From: Leptogorgia sarmentosa
Lineage: Eukaryota
Assembly (NCBI GenBank): GCA_964658305.1
Contig: OZ210885.1
Span: 19,220,001 to 19,284,000 of the forward strand
Length of the DNA stretch: 64,000 bases
Reading direction: 5' to 3'
Shown piece after piece: positions 1-11,229 of this stretch. Position 1 is the first letter of the stretch, and each line of letters starts with the position of its first letter. Made by a program: the position numbers and the translations under genes. Under the pieces are notes generated by a model. That model saw only the letters and a program-made list of their open reading frames with translations, ran no database searches and had not been told where the DNA came from.

Positions 1-259
1 AATATTCGATACTTTCGATACCCAAGTCTTATATCGGTACGATAAGATAGAGTATAATATACGTATCGATACTGACATGAAATTCGATCATTTCGAATTT
101 GGATACCCCTGAGCCTGCGGTCTTTTTTAGTTTGGGTTAGCGGGCACAAAACGAGGTTTTTGGGGGCGAGGCTGAATCACTAGGCCTAATTAGTAATTAG
201 TATAGCATGATATCACAAGCTATCACTCCACCCTCTGTGGAACTTAGGCGGCGCCACTG
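1..259. mobile_element. Right end of a hAT-type non-autonomous element, lying in an intron of the HECT gene
   Basis: Ends GGCGGCGCCACTG at 259 (reverse complement CAGTGGCGCCGCC, a hAT-like terminus), with repeated GATAC/GTATCGATAC subterminal motifs. The left end and TSD are outside the window. Confidence 0.5.
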
Positions 260-371
260 GTATACAATTCTATTTACGCTCGATTATTGTCTAATAAAAG
301 AAAATCAACTTATAATCAAATCTGATTTTTCTGGTCCTACAATTGTGTTAATTGTACAAATCTCTCAACAG

Positions 372-1917
372 GCTTGCTATGGTAATTTAATCAAACCTAA
401 TTTGGCTGATGGAGTAGAGATGACCTCAAATGTGTTGCTAAAGCTCGCTGGTCAGGGAAATGTATATGTTAGAAGTTTAACGAATGTGAATGAAAGTGAT
501 GATGATGTCAACATAGATGAGTTACTCACACATCCTGCCTTTGCAACAGTCAACGTTCCTTCCGTTCACGTAAATAGAAGTGCTTCCTTTACTGAGGATT
601 TGAATAATTGGCCAGGCTATGAAATAACGATCAATGAAAGTGATTTTGGTAGAGACAATGAAACATCTAACGACATGACCAATTGGACTGGTGGTACATG
701 TTTGTCTGCTGTAACTTCACAGCCCCCAATGGCTACACACCAGTTATTGTCGTCAGTTCCTCCTGTTATCGCAAGCACAGTTCACGATTCGAATGTAATA
801 ACAGCTGATGATCCTGATGGTTCACAAGCAGTTGAAGATCCTGATCTTCCAATAGTAGTTGATGATCCCGACTCTCCAATAGCAATTGATGGTCCTGACT
901 CTCCAACTGCAATTGATGATCCTGATCCCTTTATCATAAAGGTCCACCGCACTATGATACGTCAAGATTTAATTAACACTTTCTCTGATGAATCAATAAT
1001 GTCGAAACCACTAGTTGGAATAATGGTAAATTCCAGAGGAGAAGAGGACAATGTTCGTGGTACATTGTAATGAGGGAAATATTTTCGTTGTTATGGTCTG
1101 AATTTGCAGACTCGTCAATGATTGGAGAAGAAGAGAGAATACCTTTTATTAGACATGATTATAACAGAGAGACATGGAAAGCAGTTGCTAGAATTTTGGT
1201 GAAAGGGTTCACAGATTGCTCGTACTTTCCATTACGTCTCAGCAAGGTTTTTATGTGCAGTGTAATTTACGACGAGTCTGGTGACGGAACCGATGTTGTT
1301 ATCGTCATTCAAATGTTATATCTCCGAGGATGAGGCGGAAATTGTGAAGCAAGGGTTATCCAAAGAAATCCCTCTTGATAGTAAAGAACTGTCGGATTTC
1401 CTAGAAAATTTTGATTGCAGAAAGGTGATAAGTCCTGATAACATCTGTCACATAATCACGGAATTGGCCCATAAGGAACTCATACAAAAACCAAAGTATG
1501 TTTCACATTGCTGGTCGGATATTGTTGCTAAGTTAAAACTCTATTTTCCCGCCATTGAAGATCTTGTAGCATTCTATCAAAGTCATGATCCAACAAATGC
1601 GAAAGTTGTTAATATACTATATGCAGAAATTTGAAATGATGCGGAGAAAGAAGCATTTAATTTTTTGAAGAAATATGTAAGAGGTCTAGAAAAGGGCAAG
1701 TTGTGTGCATTTCTAAAGTTTAACAGCATCAGATATAATTATTACTGATAGAATTCAAGTCAGTTTTACAAATGTTACCAGTGCTGCTCGTAGGCCTATT
1801 AGCCACACATGTGGGTGTACACTTGAACTGCCTAGCACTTATGCAAATTTTTGTGAGCTTAGGCAAGAGTTTAACAATATTCTCTCAGCAGACAGCTGGG
1901 AAATGAGCATTGTTTAA
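372..1917 (+). pseudogene. G2E3-like HECT-domain E3 ubiquitin ligase, frameshifted; 5' exons outside the window
   Basis: Acceptor CAACAG at 366-371. ORF pieces 207-1070, 1070-1333 and 1281-1634 read ..REIFSLLWSEF..GEEERIPFIRHD..WKAVARILVKG..FPLRLS..ELAHKELIQKP. The C-terminus RRPISHTCGCTLELPSTY..LRQEFNNIL (catalytic Cys codon 1810-1812) ends at TAA 1915-1917. Confidence 0.8.
807..929 (+). repeat. Coding minisatellite, 27-bp unit (DDPDxxxxx), about 4.5 copies
   Basis: DDPDGSQAV EDPDLPIVV DDPDSPIAI DGPDSPTAI DDPDP in the ORF, with recurring GATGATCCTGA. Confidence 0.85.
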
Positions 1918-2395
1918 TGTATATGTATATAATGTATAATATTTGAGAGTCCTAAATACCGAAAACATCCACCTATAAACTCCCCCTGTGTATAGATCAA
2001 CTATGCTCATTGTAAAACATGTGAGATCGACATGATATCCTTAATATTATAAAATCATTGTTATATATATGCTGTTAGCTTATTCGCTAATTGATTTTAT
2101 GTTTGCTGTTTTCTACTGAATGTGGAATTGTAAACGAAATCCTCCCTCATGCACCACTTCCTCTGTGTATTCCTCTAACAAAATGCTCGGAAAACCCAGC
2201 GCTTATATAGGTGGAGGCTTTCGATTTTATATTAGTTTGTTATTTTGTTTTTACTGTTGAGTAAGCATGTTAATGGTTAAAGAATTTATATTAATTGTTT
2301 GGATACTTTTTTGTCAAACATTTTACACTTGTCTGAAATTAAAGATGCACAAATCTGTTCGTTTATTACAAAGTACGATATATCTGCGAATCTAC

Positions 2396-4991
2396 TTAGG
2401 AATCTAACAATGATTGTAGCAGATTTATACATGTCATATATTGAGAAATTCCACCATTACCGTCTTCGTGAAGGGGAGGGCATTCCCGGTGAAGTTGTTG
2501 GGTGTGTATGTCACTTAATGTTACAGCAACTGTCGGGACAGACACTTGATAATCTTCATCCTCAGAGGGCAGTTGGCCTTCTCCGTCAAATCCATATAAT
2601 ACCATGATGTCATTGGAACCAAACACGTCTTGAGTAGCTGTGTGGTCAGAATGGATATTGTCGAGCATGCCAGCTGTATAAAGCTGTAATGGGGTGAGAT
2701 TTCTTTCAGTAGTGACAGGATGATTATTCCATTGTTTTTTAAATTAATTTAAAGACCTCCTTATTCTAGGTACATAGACATGATTTAAAGCAAAAAGATT
2801 TAATTCATCTAATGGGTTCAGAATACCCATTTCTTCAAGATCATTGAAAAGCTTGGCAAAGAAAGTTAGAACGCCCGCATATACATCCCTGTGGACTCTC
2901 TCGATGCGGCAATTGTGGACCAAACTTCCTGTTATTATAGTGCCACGGGCTAATCCACGATTCCTTAACATGTAGCAAGCAACCTCAATGTTTTCGAAGC
3001 CATGATCGCTGCGCACTCTTGATGGCAAACCAAAGATAGACACCCCTTGAATAAATTGTTCAAGAACCGTTTGAGCCGTGTTATCTGTAGCACAATGTGC
3101 GTAAATTACCAATCTGGAGTAACCGTCGATGCAACAGTGGACTATTAATCTATAACGGATCAGTTTATGGTTCCCATCAATATGCCAGAGTGAGTTTGGT
3201 GTTGGTACAGAATATTTTCGTTGATAGATGGTGCCATTCCAACGCAGAGAAGTACCAAGTGGATCAACTCTTTGTAGGCATTCGCGAACTCACCATCTTT
3301 GGATCCTAATTCCTCTTGCTCTTAGGGCGCCCAATAATCTTCTCTGACCAATATTTGGAGTTAAATGCCTTATTTCTCCCACCTCTCTTATTAGTTGCTC
3401 ATCTGTTGAAATTATAAAATTGCATGGTTTATACTGATTCCTGGTACAGCAATTTTTCAAGGAGGAAACTATACAGTATCATACAATTCATATAAAATAT
3501 ACAGATTATGGAGTACATTGTAATACAAGCTAATATCATTGAACTAAAAATAACGCTAAGTCAGGGGGGGAAGTTGAAGCTGTTTTTGTAGGTAGACCCA
3601 GTCCTTTTTTAAATTTTTGTAGTAAAATAAGCACATTTTCAAGCACATAAATCTTGCCCCTAAGTCCAAGGTGAAACTAAGACGTCAAACCTCAGGAATT
3701 ATTTAACCCTATGTAAAATACATATGTGTGCGAAATTTCGTGAAGATTGAAGGTTTGACAGTCGAAAAAAATGCATTTAAAAATTGACCAAAACATTGTT
3801 TATTCAAAGTACTCAAATTGTGTGCGAAGCCGAAAATAACACCATTCGAAAAACGTCGATTTATTCATGTTTTAAATGTTATAAAGCGGCAATAAAACGT
3901 TTAAAATCAAGGATACCTGGCGTTTATTGTAAAATAGGTTTGGGACTGTTTAAATGTTTCATAATATATATTTTTGTCGGTTGAAGAGCAAATTTTTTTT
4001 GATACATCAAAACATTTGTCATTTTTTTGAAATATATAAATAAAAATCCTCACTTTTTGCGGCAGATGGACGTAAAACAGTTGGATCTAAACAGGCAACA
4101 TTGATGTTTTTCTATTAAAAACCATGTATTGCCAATTTTTGCTCAAAAACAAGCTGGGTGAAAAAATTCTCGCTCCTTCGAACTCTCCCCAGTCCTTTTG
4201 AATGTTCATTTTCTTGCGTGCCGGCTTCAGCCAATCATAGGGAAAATCATAGGAGTTAGGGTTCCAGGTATTTTTAGTTCAATGGCTAATATAGGATACG
4301 CTTAAGCGTACCTATTTTTATACACTGTCAAAATTCAGCGTTTTGTAAACAGGGGCCGGTTGTTTGTAGCCCGTTTAGCTTAAATGCCGGATAAGTCCTG
4401 AATGTCAAGCAAGTCACATGTACATCGTCTTGAAAATAGTAGATGTAGATGATTCCATGCGAATTACCTGATATTGCAGTCTATGAGTTGTGTTGTTCTG
4501 ATATATTTAATTCATTCCGTCTTCGGTGAATGGTCGATTCACTCACCCCTAGCAAACGGGCTATTTTTGCCCAGGAAAATTGCAGTTCTCGTAAAAACTC
4601 AATTTGTTCCCGCTGTATCACTATCTTGGGACGACCAGGACCTACTGGCGAGAACAAGGGGGCCCATGTAGCTAAATTCTATTCGAGCATCTTGTGTCGC
4701 ATCAATGTAACTGGTCAAAATCTGGCACAAGGTCCTTATTTTTGTCAAAAGTGCATCAACGGTACTCTTGAAGTTATTCAGAATGATGTGGTTAGTGCTT
4801 GTTCCAACATATTCGGAAATGAGAACAAGAGTTGACGCGCTTTCTTCTAGGCGTAATAAAGCGGTCTCGACCTCTCCCATTGAACTACCGTTAACTTCTA
4901 AATTCTGGACGCCGATCAAAATTGAACGAACGGAGTCAAGAAAAACTACAAGTCCATGCTCATTTCGCTCTCTTACGATGGTTCTAGGCAT
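2396..4991 (-). pseudogene. IS3EU-like integrase-core (DDE) transposase, two exons, disrupted
   Basis: Exon 1 (4991-4468) has an HTH after a frameshift: GRPKIVIQREQIEFLRELQFSWAKIARLLGVSESTIHRRR. GT-AG intron 4467-3403. Exon 2 reads LWHIDGNHKL..CIDGYSR..PSRVRSDHGFEN..HNCRIERVHRDV..TPLQLY. Contains internal stops. Confidence 0.8.
3537..4284. mobile_element. MITE with 8-bp TSD (hAT-type) inside the IS3EU-like intron
   Basis: 16-bp TIR CATTGAACTAAAAATA at 3537 with its complement ending at 4284. Perfect TSD GCTAATAT at 3529-3536 and 4285-4292. Confidence 0.9.
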
Positions 4992-5072
4992 TTCAACGGA
5001 TTGATCGGAGTCTTCGTGAAAATATGTTGAAAGTAGCTAGTTGTTGATTTGAAAACGCTGATTATTTAGAGA

Positions 5073-8000
5073 ATTAATCATGACATCTCCCTCCTTCAGT
5101 GAGTTCATCGAATGGTAATATTTAAGTCTACAATAATTTTTTTTTTTTCTAATTAAAATCAAAGTAAGTGTTATTCATATTATAGTTCATAATCGAATGA
5201 TTGAAATAGGGTTCACAATATATGGATCATAATCTAATGTTCAGAAATGAGTCCATGTATAATCTATTTGTGTTCAAATTCTTGAAGCCACGCTGGTGGT
5301 TTAACAGATCTTCCAGATCTTGTTCGGTACGGGGAATTCTGGTTAGTGAGAGGAGTGGGACAACCCGTTGAAGTGCCTTGTACAACAGCGGTGGTTTGCT
5401 CAACAGAAGGGGCTGGTTCCATAATTTCTACTTCTTCATCTCCTGAGTGTTCTGGGCTGTCCATGGTAAAATTTTCATCTGTATGCAAGAGATCTCTCCT
5501 GTTTCTTCTCAACTTTCGACCAGTTTTTTCTTGTATGATATAGGATCTGGGCGTATCTGCTTGCTTCATAACTTTTGCGAGTGAATCCCATCCATTTCCA
5601 CGTCGAATTCTGACGGTGGAGCCCTCAGCAAGGGGATCAAGAGGTTTTGTTTTGGCATCATAATACTGTTTCTGCTTCTGTTGTCTCTCCAGCAATAGTC
5701 CTTTCCACTGCGACATTTCTCCTTTCATTCCTGGTAACCTCGTACGTACGTTCCGATTCATTAACATGGCGGCTGGTGCTGGTGTTCCTTCCGGACTTGG
5801 AGATGCTCTGAAATTCAACAAGGCTAGATAGGGATCTTCTTTGTCTTTAGATGCCTTCTTCATTAATGACTTTATGGTCTGTACAGTCCGTTCAGCTTTA
5901 CCATTCGCTTCGGGATGATATGGGCTTGATGTAATATGCTGAAATTCCCATTTTCTTGCAAATTCTTCGTATTCTTTGCAAGCGTATTGCGGACCGTTAT
6001 CAGATATGACAACATTGGGAATGCCATGTCTCGCAAATATTGATTTGGTGTGCTTGATTACGGTGGAACTGGTGGTGTTTGGCAAGAGGCTAATTTCAGG
6101 GTAATTGGTGTGGTAGTCCACTACAAGGAGGTAATCTTTGCCTTGCAATTTGAATAAATCTGTTCCGACACGTTGCCAGGGTTCAGTTGCTGGTGGAAAC
6201 TGTTGCATTGGTTCCCGTTGATGTTTTCGTCTGGCTTCAAGACAAGTGCTGCATCGGGCGATCATTTCGGTAATTTGTGACGACATGCCAGGCCAATACA
6301 GGGCTTCTCGAGCACGTGCTTTACACCTTTCGATGCCAAGATGACCTTCATGTATCCGAATCTTCATTTCCTTTCTCATTGATGTTGGCACAATAATGCG
6401 GCAACCTCTTAGCATTAGGCCTTCTGCTTCTGAAATTTCATCTTGATAAGTAAGGTATGGTTTGACTGCATCTGGTATCTTATCTTTGTCATCAGGCCAT
6501 CCTTCTTGAATGAATTGCTTCAGCTTCTGGAGGCTTTCGTCTTTTGCAGTTTCTCTCTTAAATTCGTCTAGTTTGGACGGGGAAACTGGTAAACTCTTGA
6601 TCATGAAATGAACATGACATCTAATTTCTTGCTCTGGAACTTCCGGTCTGACCTCTTGAGTAAGATATGCTCTGCTGAGTGTATCGGCCACAGGAATCTC
6701 ACTTCCGGGGTAAATTGAACTTCAAGATCATATTGCTGAAGTCGTAATAAGAATCTTTGAATTCTTGGAGGTGCCTTGTTAATTGGTTTGGAAAAAATTG
6801 CACGAAGTGGTTTGTGATCAGTTCGTACTATGACTCGCTTGCCATATGTATATTCATGAAAACGTTCGCACGCAAACACTATAGCAAGTGTTTCTTTCTT
6901 GATCTGTGCATAATGTTGCTCACATTGGGTCATCGCTCTGCTGGCATATGCAATTGGTTTCCACACTCCTTCGTGCTTCTGTTCCAGAACTGCACCAAGG
7001 CCTGCTTTTGACGCATCTGTTGTAAGTCGCGTAGGTAACTTTGATTCGTAATAAGCTAACACCGGGCTGCTGGTGATCATCTTCTTCAGCGTGTTAACTG
7101 CTCCTTCGTGTTGCTGTTCAAAATGCCATTGAACATCTTTTTCAAGTAGTTGGCGTGATGGTGCTGTTTCTTTTGATAAATTTGGAAGGAATTTACCCAG
7201 ATAATTGATCATTCCAAGGAATCGTTGCAGCTGCGTCTTGTTATCTGGTGTTGGCATCTTCAAAATCGCTTCGATCTTACGAGGATCTGGCTTGATTCCA
7301 TCAGCAGAAATGAGATGTCCAAGAAACGCCGTTTCTGTTACTCTGAAGGTACATTTCTTCTTATTCAGCTTGAGTTTGGACTCTCGGACTCTATCAAGGA
7401 CTTGCTTAAGGGCTTCGTCGTGCTCTTCCTTATCCTTTCCAAAAACAATGATGTCGTCTTGATCGTTAGCGGTCCCCTGAACGTCGCTGATGATTTCAGA
7501 GATTTTTTTTTGGAACACTTCTGCCGCACTATGTATCCCAAATGGTAGTCTCTTAAATCGATGCCTGCCAAATGGTGTGTTGAATGTAAGCAATTTCGAG
7601 CTTTCGTCATCTACCTTTATCTGCCAGTAGCCGCTAGACGCATCTAATTTCGAAAACACCTTTGCTCCTCCAAGCTTGGATAATATTTCATCAACAGTTG
7701 GCATCGGGTGATGCTGTCTCTTGATCGCTTTGTTAAGGTCCCTCGGATCAAGGCACAAGCGAATTTTGCCATCTGGTTTCTCGACAATCACCAAGGAACT
7801 CACCCAATCAGTTGGCTCATCAATCTTCTCTATCACATCAAGTTGTTTCATTCTTTCTAATTCAGCTTTAAGTTTGTCCATCATTGATATGGGGATTTTT
7901 CTGGATGGATGTATGACAGGTTTGACTTCCGGTTTCGTAACAATGTGGTGCTCTCCTTGTAGACGTCCGAGTTCACCAAATACATCTTCATATTGCTCCA

Positions 8001-9373
8001 TGAAATTTGGCTCCGAGCTGTCGACAACCCATATTCGTTTAATAATGTTGAGCTGTTGGCATGTTTGGAGTCCAAGGAGTGGTGGTGATTCGGTGTCGGT
8101 GACAATAAACGCGACTTCATAATTTTCCGTCTTGCTTTCTAGTCTAAGTTCACACTTCCCGATAGCTGGTATGTCTCCCCCATTGTATGCAGACAATTTA
8201 ACGTTTGTTTTTTCTAATGTGGGCTTGATGTTGAGTTGGTTGTATACCGACAGTGGTAAGATATTGGTTTGGGCTCCTGTGTCTATCTTGTATTTAATTT
8301 TCGACCCATTCGATTGTAATGAAATAAACCAATCTTGCCCGTCAGCTTCAAAGGAATCTGTATCCGACGTATCTTCATGCTGTTCAGACTGTTTAACAAC
8401 GCCAATGAAAAAATCTTCGTTGTCGCTTTCGTGTTGCGGTTGAATTTGTGTGAAGTCAACTCTTTTTTGAGTCGAGAGGCACACTGAAGCGAAGTGATTT
8501 AGTTTTTTGCATTTTAAACATGTTTTCCCAAACGCTGGACAGTTTCGGCGCTTATGAAGTGAACCGCAGTATTTGCATGGCTGAGAAATATACTCATTAG
8601 CATTGCTTGCTTGATTTTGCATTCTTGGCTTGTTATTGTGTTTGCTTTGCTTGAGTGCGTCTATTGTATGGTTTTCTTGTGATCTGCATAATTCGGAGGC
8701 GTGTTTTTTCGTTGCTTCGGCAGCTTGTCCCAGCTTTATGGCATCTTCAAGACTTAGATTATCCATTCTCAGTAACCTTTCTCTCAAGGAGTTGCTTAAA
8801 ACTCCGATTACAACCATATCTCTAATCAACGAATCACGTAATGTTCCAAATTCACATTGCAAGCTTCGCTTCTTTAGTTCTGTAATAAATGCATCAAAAG
8901 TTTGACCTTCGCCCTGTTTATATGTAAAAAAATGATGGCGTATGAGTGTTATGTTTTTTCGTGGCTTGCAGTACGCTTCAAACTTCTCCATGACTGGTTT
9001 TAGCTTCATTTTGTCACCGTCATTCCGGAATACAAATGTGTTATATATTTCGAGGCCTTGCTTCCCAATACACGTTAACAATATCGACGTTTTGATATTG
9101 TCAGTCTTATCGTCAGATTCAGTAGCAGTGATATACAACTCAAACTGCTGTTTCCACTGATCCCATTGCTCTGATATATTGCCTTCAAACGTTAGCAGTT
9201 CTGGTGGGCGAAACTTGTTCATCCTGACACCATGTAATGATTTAATAAAAACTAGTGCATTCTCTATTTACAACTTAATATCGTATATGAGTGTGATATC
9301 GTACCGTATCTTAAACGTAAGTACGTCAGCATGGATATGTACCTAATGTGAAACGAATATGTAAAATATAACA
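5073..9373 (-). mobile_element. Ty3/Gypsy LTR retrotransposon; internal region complete, LTRs partial and non-matching
   Basis: On the minus strand the 5' LTR ends ..AATCATTACA (9233), followed by PBS TGGTGTCAGGA (9232-9222, tRNA-Leu-like). PPT GAAGGAGGGAGA (5097-5086) is followed by TGTCATGATT. Outer boundaries are uncertain. Confidence 0.9.
5264..9222 (-). pseudogene. Gypsy gag-pol (Gag with Zn knuckles, protease, RT, RNase H, integrase) with one frameshift near 6700
   Basis: CKYCGSLH/CLKCKKLNHFASVC, IDTGAQ, LDASSGYWQ, LPFG, DQDD (at the YxDD position), TDASKAGLG, HEGHLG..C..C, SDNGPQY, NGKAERTVQ. ORFs 6601-9222 and 5264-6691 join at ..TPG/SEIPVADTLSR. Confidence 0.95.
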
Positions 9374-9499
9374 CGTATTTGAAATGTTTGAATGAATATA
9401 TCAAAATATAGAATAATTTTAAAGATATTAAAACAAATGTTTGTAATAAATGACATATATTTGAAACTCAGAATATATTTATAAAAACATGTAATAAAC

Positions 9500-9921
9500 A
9501 ATAAATCGGCGCGCCATAGAAATCTCGGTCAGGACTTCCTTCGAGATCAACAATACAACCCAATATACAGCTGCGAAGTAGTCTCAAAAAAGATTCTCTG
9601 TCACTGTTTGATTCCGCCATATTTTTTTTAAATAGAATAGTTTAGATGCATAATTACAATATTTTGTGCGAAATAAATTAATCATAAATTATAATTTTAT
9701 GATTCAAAATTTCGTGTTCTGCGAGTCACGAATAATATTACGTCATCACAATGGAATGCTTAACAACAAAATGTGCAAACGGAATTTGCATAAAACGAAA
9801 TGCGGAATTTGCACAAAACAAAATGAGTTTTGAAATAGCAAAATGCAAGGTTGTCAAAACAAAATGCTGATTATGAAATGCAAAATATAACAATTAATTT
9901 TGGCAGAGATCACCCTCCATA
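9500..9921 (-). mobile_element. Probable 5' end of a second IS3EU-like element
   Basis: The minus strand starts TATGGAGGGTG at 9921 (a TAY-type terminus), with AAAATG/GAAATG subterminal repeats. ATG 9620 opens MAESNSDRESFLRLLRSCILGCIVDLEG, weakly like the N-terminus at 4991, then the frame decays. Confidence 0.45.
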
Positions 9922-10113
9922 CAACTCTTCCTTTTACAGAATTTTAGCAATTCCAGCATCAAATTTGAATAAAAATACCCAAAATTTGAATAGTTTTGTG
10001 CGCTATGCAAATTATTTTGTTCAAAATCCTTGCAAAAGCAAAGTCAAAATGATGCGATTTGATTGGTCGAGAAATTCACGTGACAGCTGTCCAACCTCCT
10101 CTGGGTTGGCCTC
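9922..10113. mobile_element. Possible right end of a TTAA-targeting DNA transposon (Sola3- or Kolobok-like)
   Basis: Ends ..GGGTTGGCCTC followed by TTAA (10114-10117). No partner end was found. Confidence 0.25.
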
Positions 10114-10395
10114 TTAACAACAGATTTGATAAGGTTCATTTAATATTTTACTACAACTTTGTCATACTCTAAAGTTTATACTTTTAATCTAGTGTTTAAT
10201 TATACGCTAGTTTCAAATGTTCCAATAGATGCTTTTATTTTGTAGAAACTATGATAAACCGCCTGTTGTGGAGAACCGACTGGAAGAAGCATGTAGAAAT
10301 TTTTGTATTGGAATAACTAGAGCTTTGAAAAGTTCACGTTCAAATCCCAGTGTATGTCAATCTAGATCTTGATATTTGGAGCTTGGTAACATGTG

Positions 10396-10621
10396 GGAAA
10401 GGAAAACAATCAGAACATCGAAGGCACAATTTATTCGAAAGAGATGACTTGTCAAAATTTAAATACTTGCCAGAAGACTGGTGGTATTTCCTGAAAAAGT
10501 GTAATTTCATACACTTTCAAGTTTTTCACATTCCCCTTCCCCCCCCCCCCCCATTGTAGGAAAGGAAAACAATCAGAACATCGAGGGCACAATTTATTTG
10601 AAAGAGATGACTTGTCAAAAT
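10396..10621 (+). repeat. 63-bp direct duplication separated by a spacer containing a poly-C run
   Basis: GGAAAGGAAAACAATCAGAACATCGA..GATGACTTGTCAAAAT at 10396-10458 and 10559-10621, with 2 mismatches. Confidence 0.9.
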
Positions 10622-11229
10622 GCAACTTTGATCTTCAGGAATATGATCAACTGCAACCAATTCACTTGCAAGAATCATCCTTTGAAGCAGGAAAAACACT
10701 GTTACATGACCTTGGCCAAATTGTAAATCCATCACCCGCTATAGAGCATTGTATGGCTTTTGAGCATTTATGAGTCATTGTGGGATCGACCAAGAAAAAA
10801 TTTTTCCCAGAATACATTGTTAATGACCCGAGGAGGTACTTTAATCAAGGTCAAATACCAGTTCAAGTGATCCCAAATATTCTTCTATCTATCAAAGCTG
10901 TGGCTCTGAGGGACGACGTTGGTGAAGTTGAAAGGTTTACACAAGGAACTGTGTGCAAAATTGCATTGAGAAATGAAGAATGGGTCATGAGAATCAGTCA
11001 AGTTTCAAAAATAACAAAACAAATGCATAATAATTTGTGGTGTTTATTCTTTGAATAATAGGCTTTACTTTAGGCTGGTTTACGTACGTTCGTATATCAC
11101 AATGGTTGTCTGTTATATACCACAATTATGAGTTACCAGTTATGACCAACTAGCAATGATTTACGCTTAACAGCCTTAACTAATGCTGTAATGCATTTTC
11201 TTGTTAGCTTTACTGATTGCTTTAATTAT

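Noticed and set aside
207..371. N-terminal part of ORF 207-1070 as protein
   Set aside because: It runs through a MITE end and intron-like DNA. Coding plausibly starts at the acceptor at 371.
9233..9373. Complete 141-bp 5' LTR (TG..CA)
   Set aside because: No matching copy follows the PPT, so the outer boundary at 9373 is unverified.
9507..9518. GGCGCGCCATA as the IS3EU terminus
   Set aside because: It lacks subterminal repeats and lies inside the short frame from 9620. Position 9921 is the better candidate.
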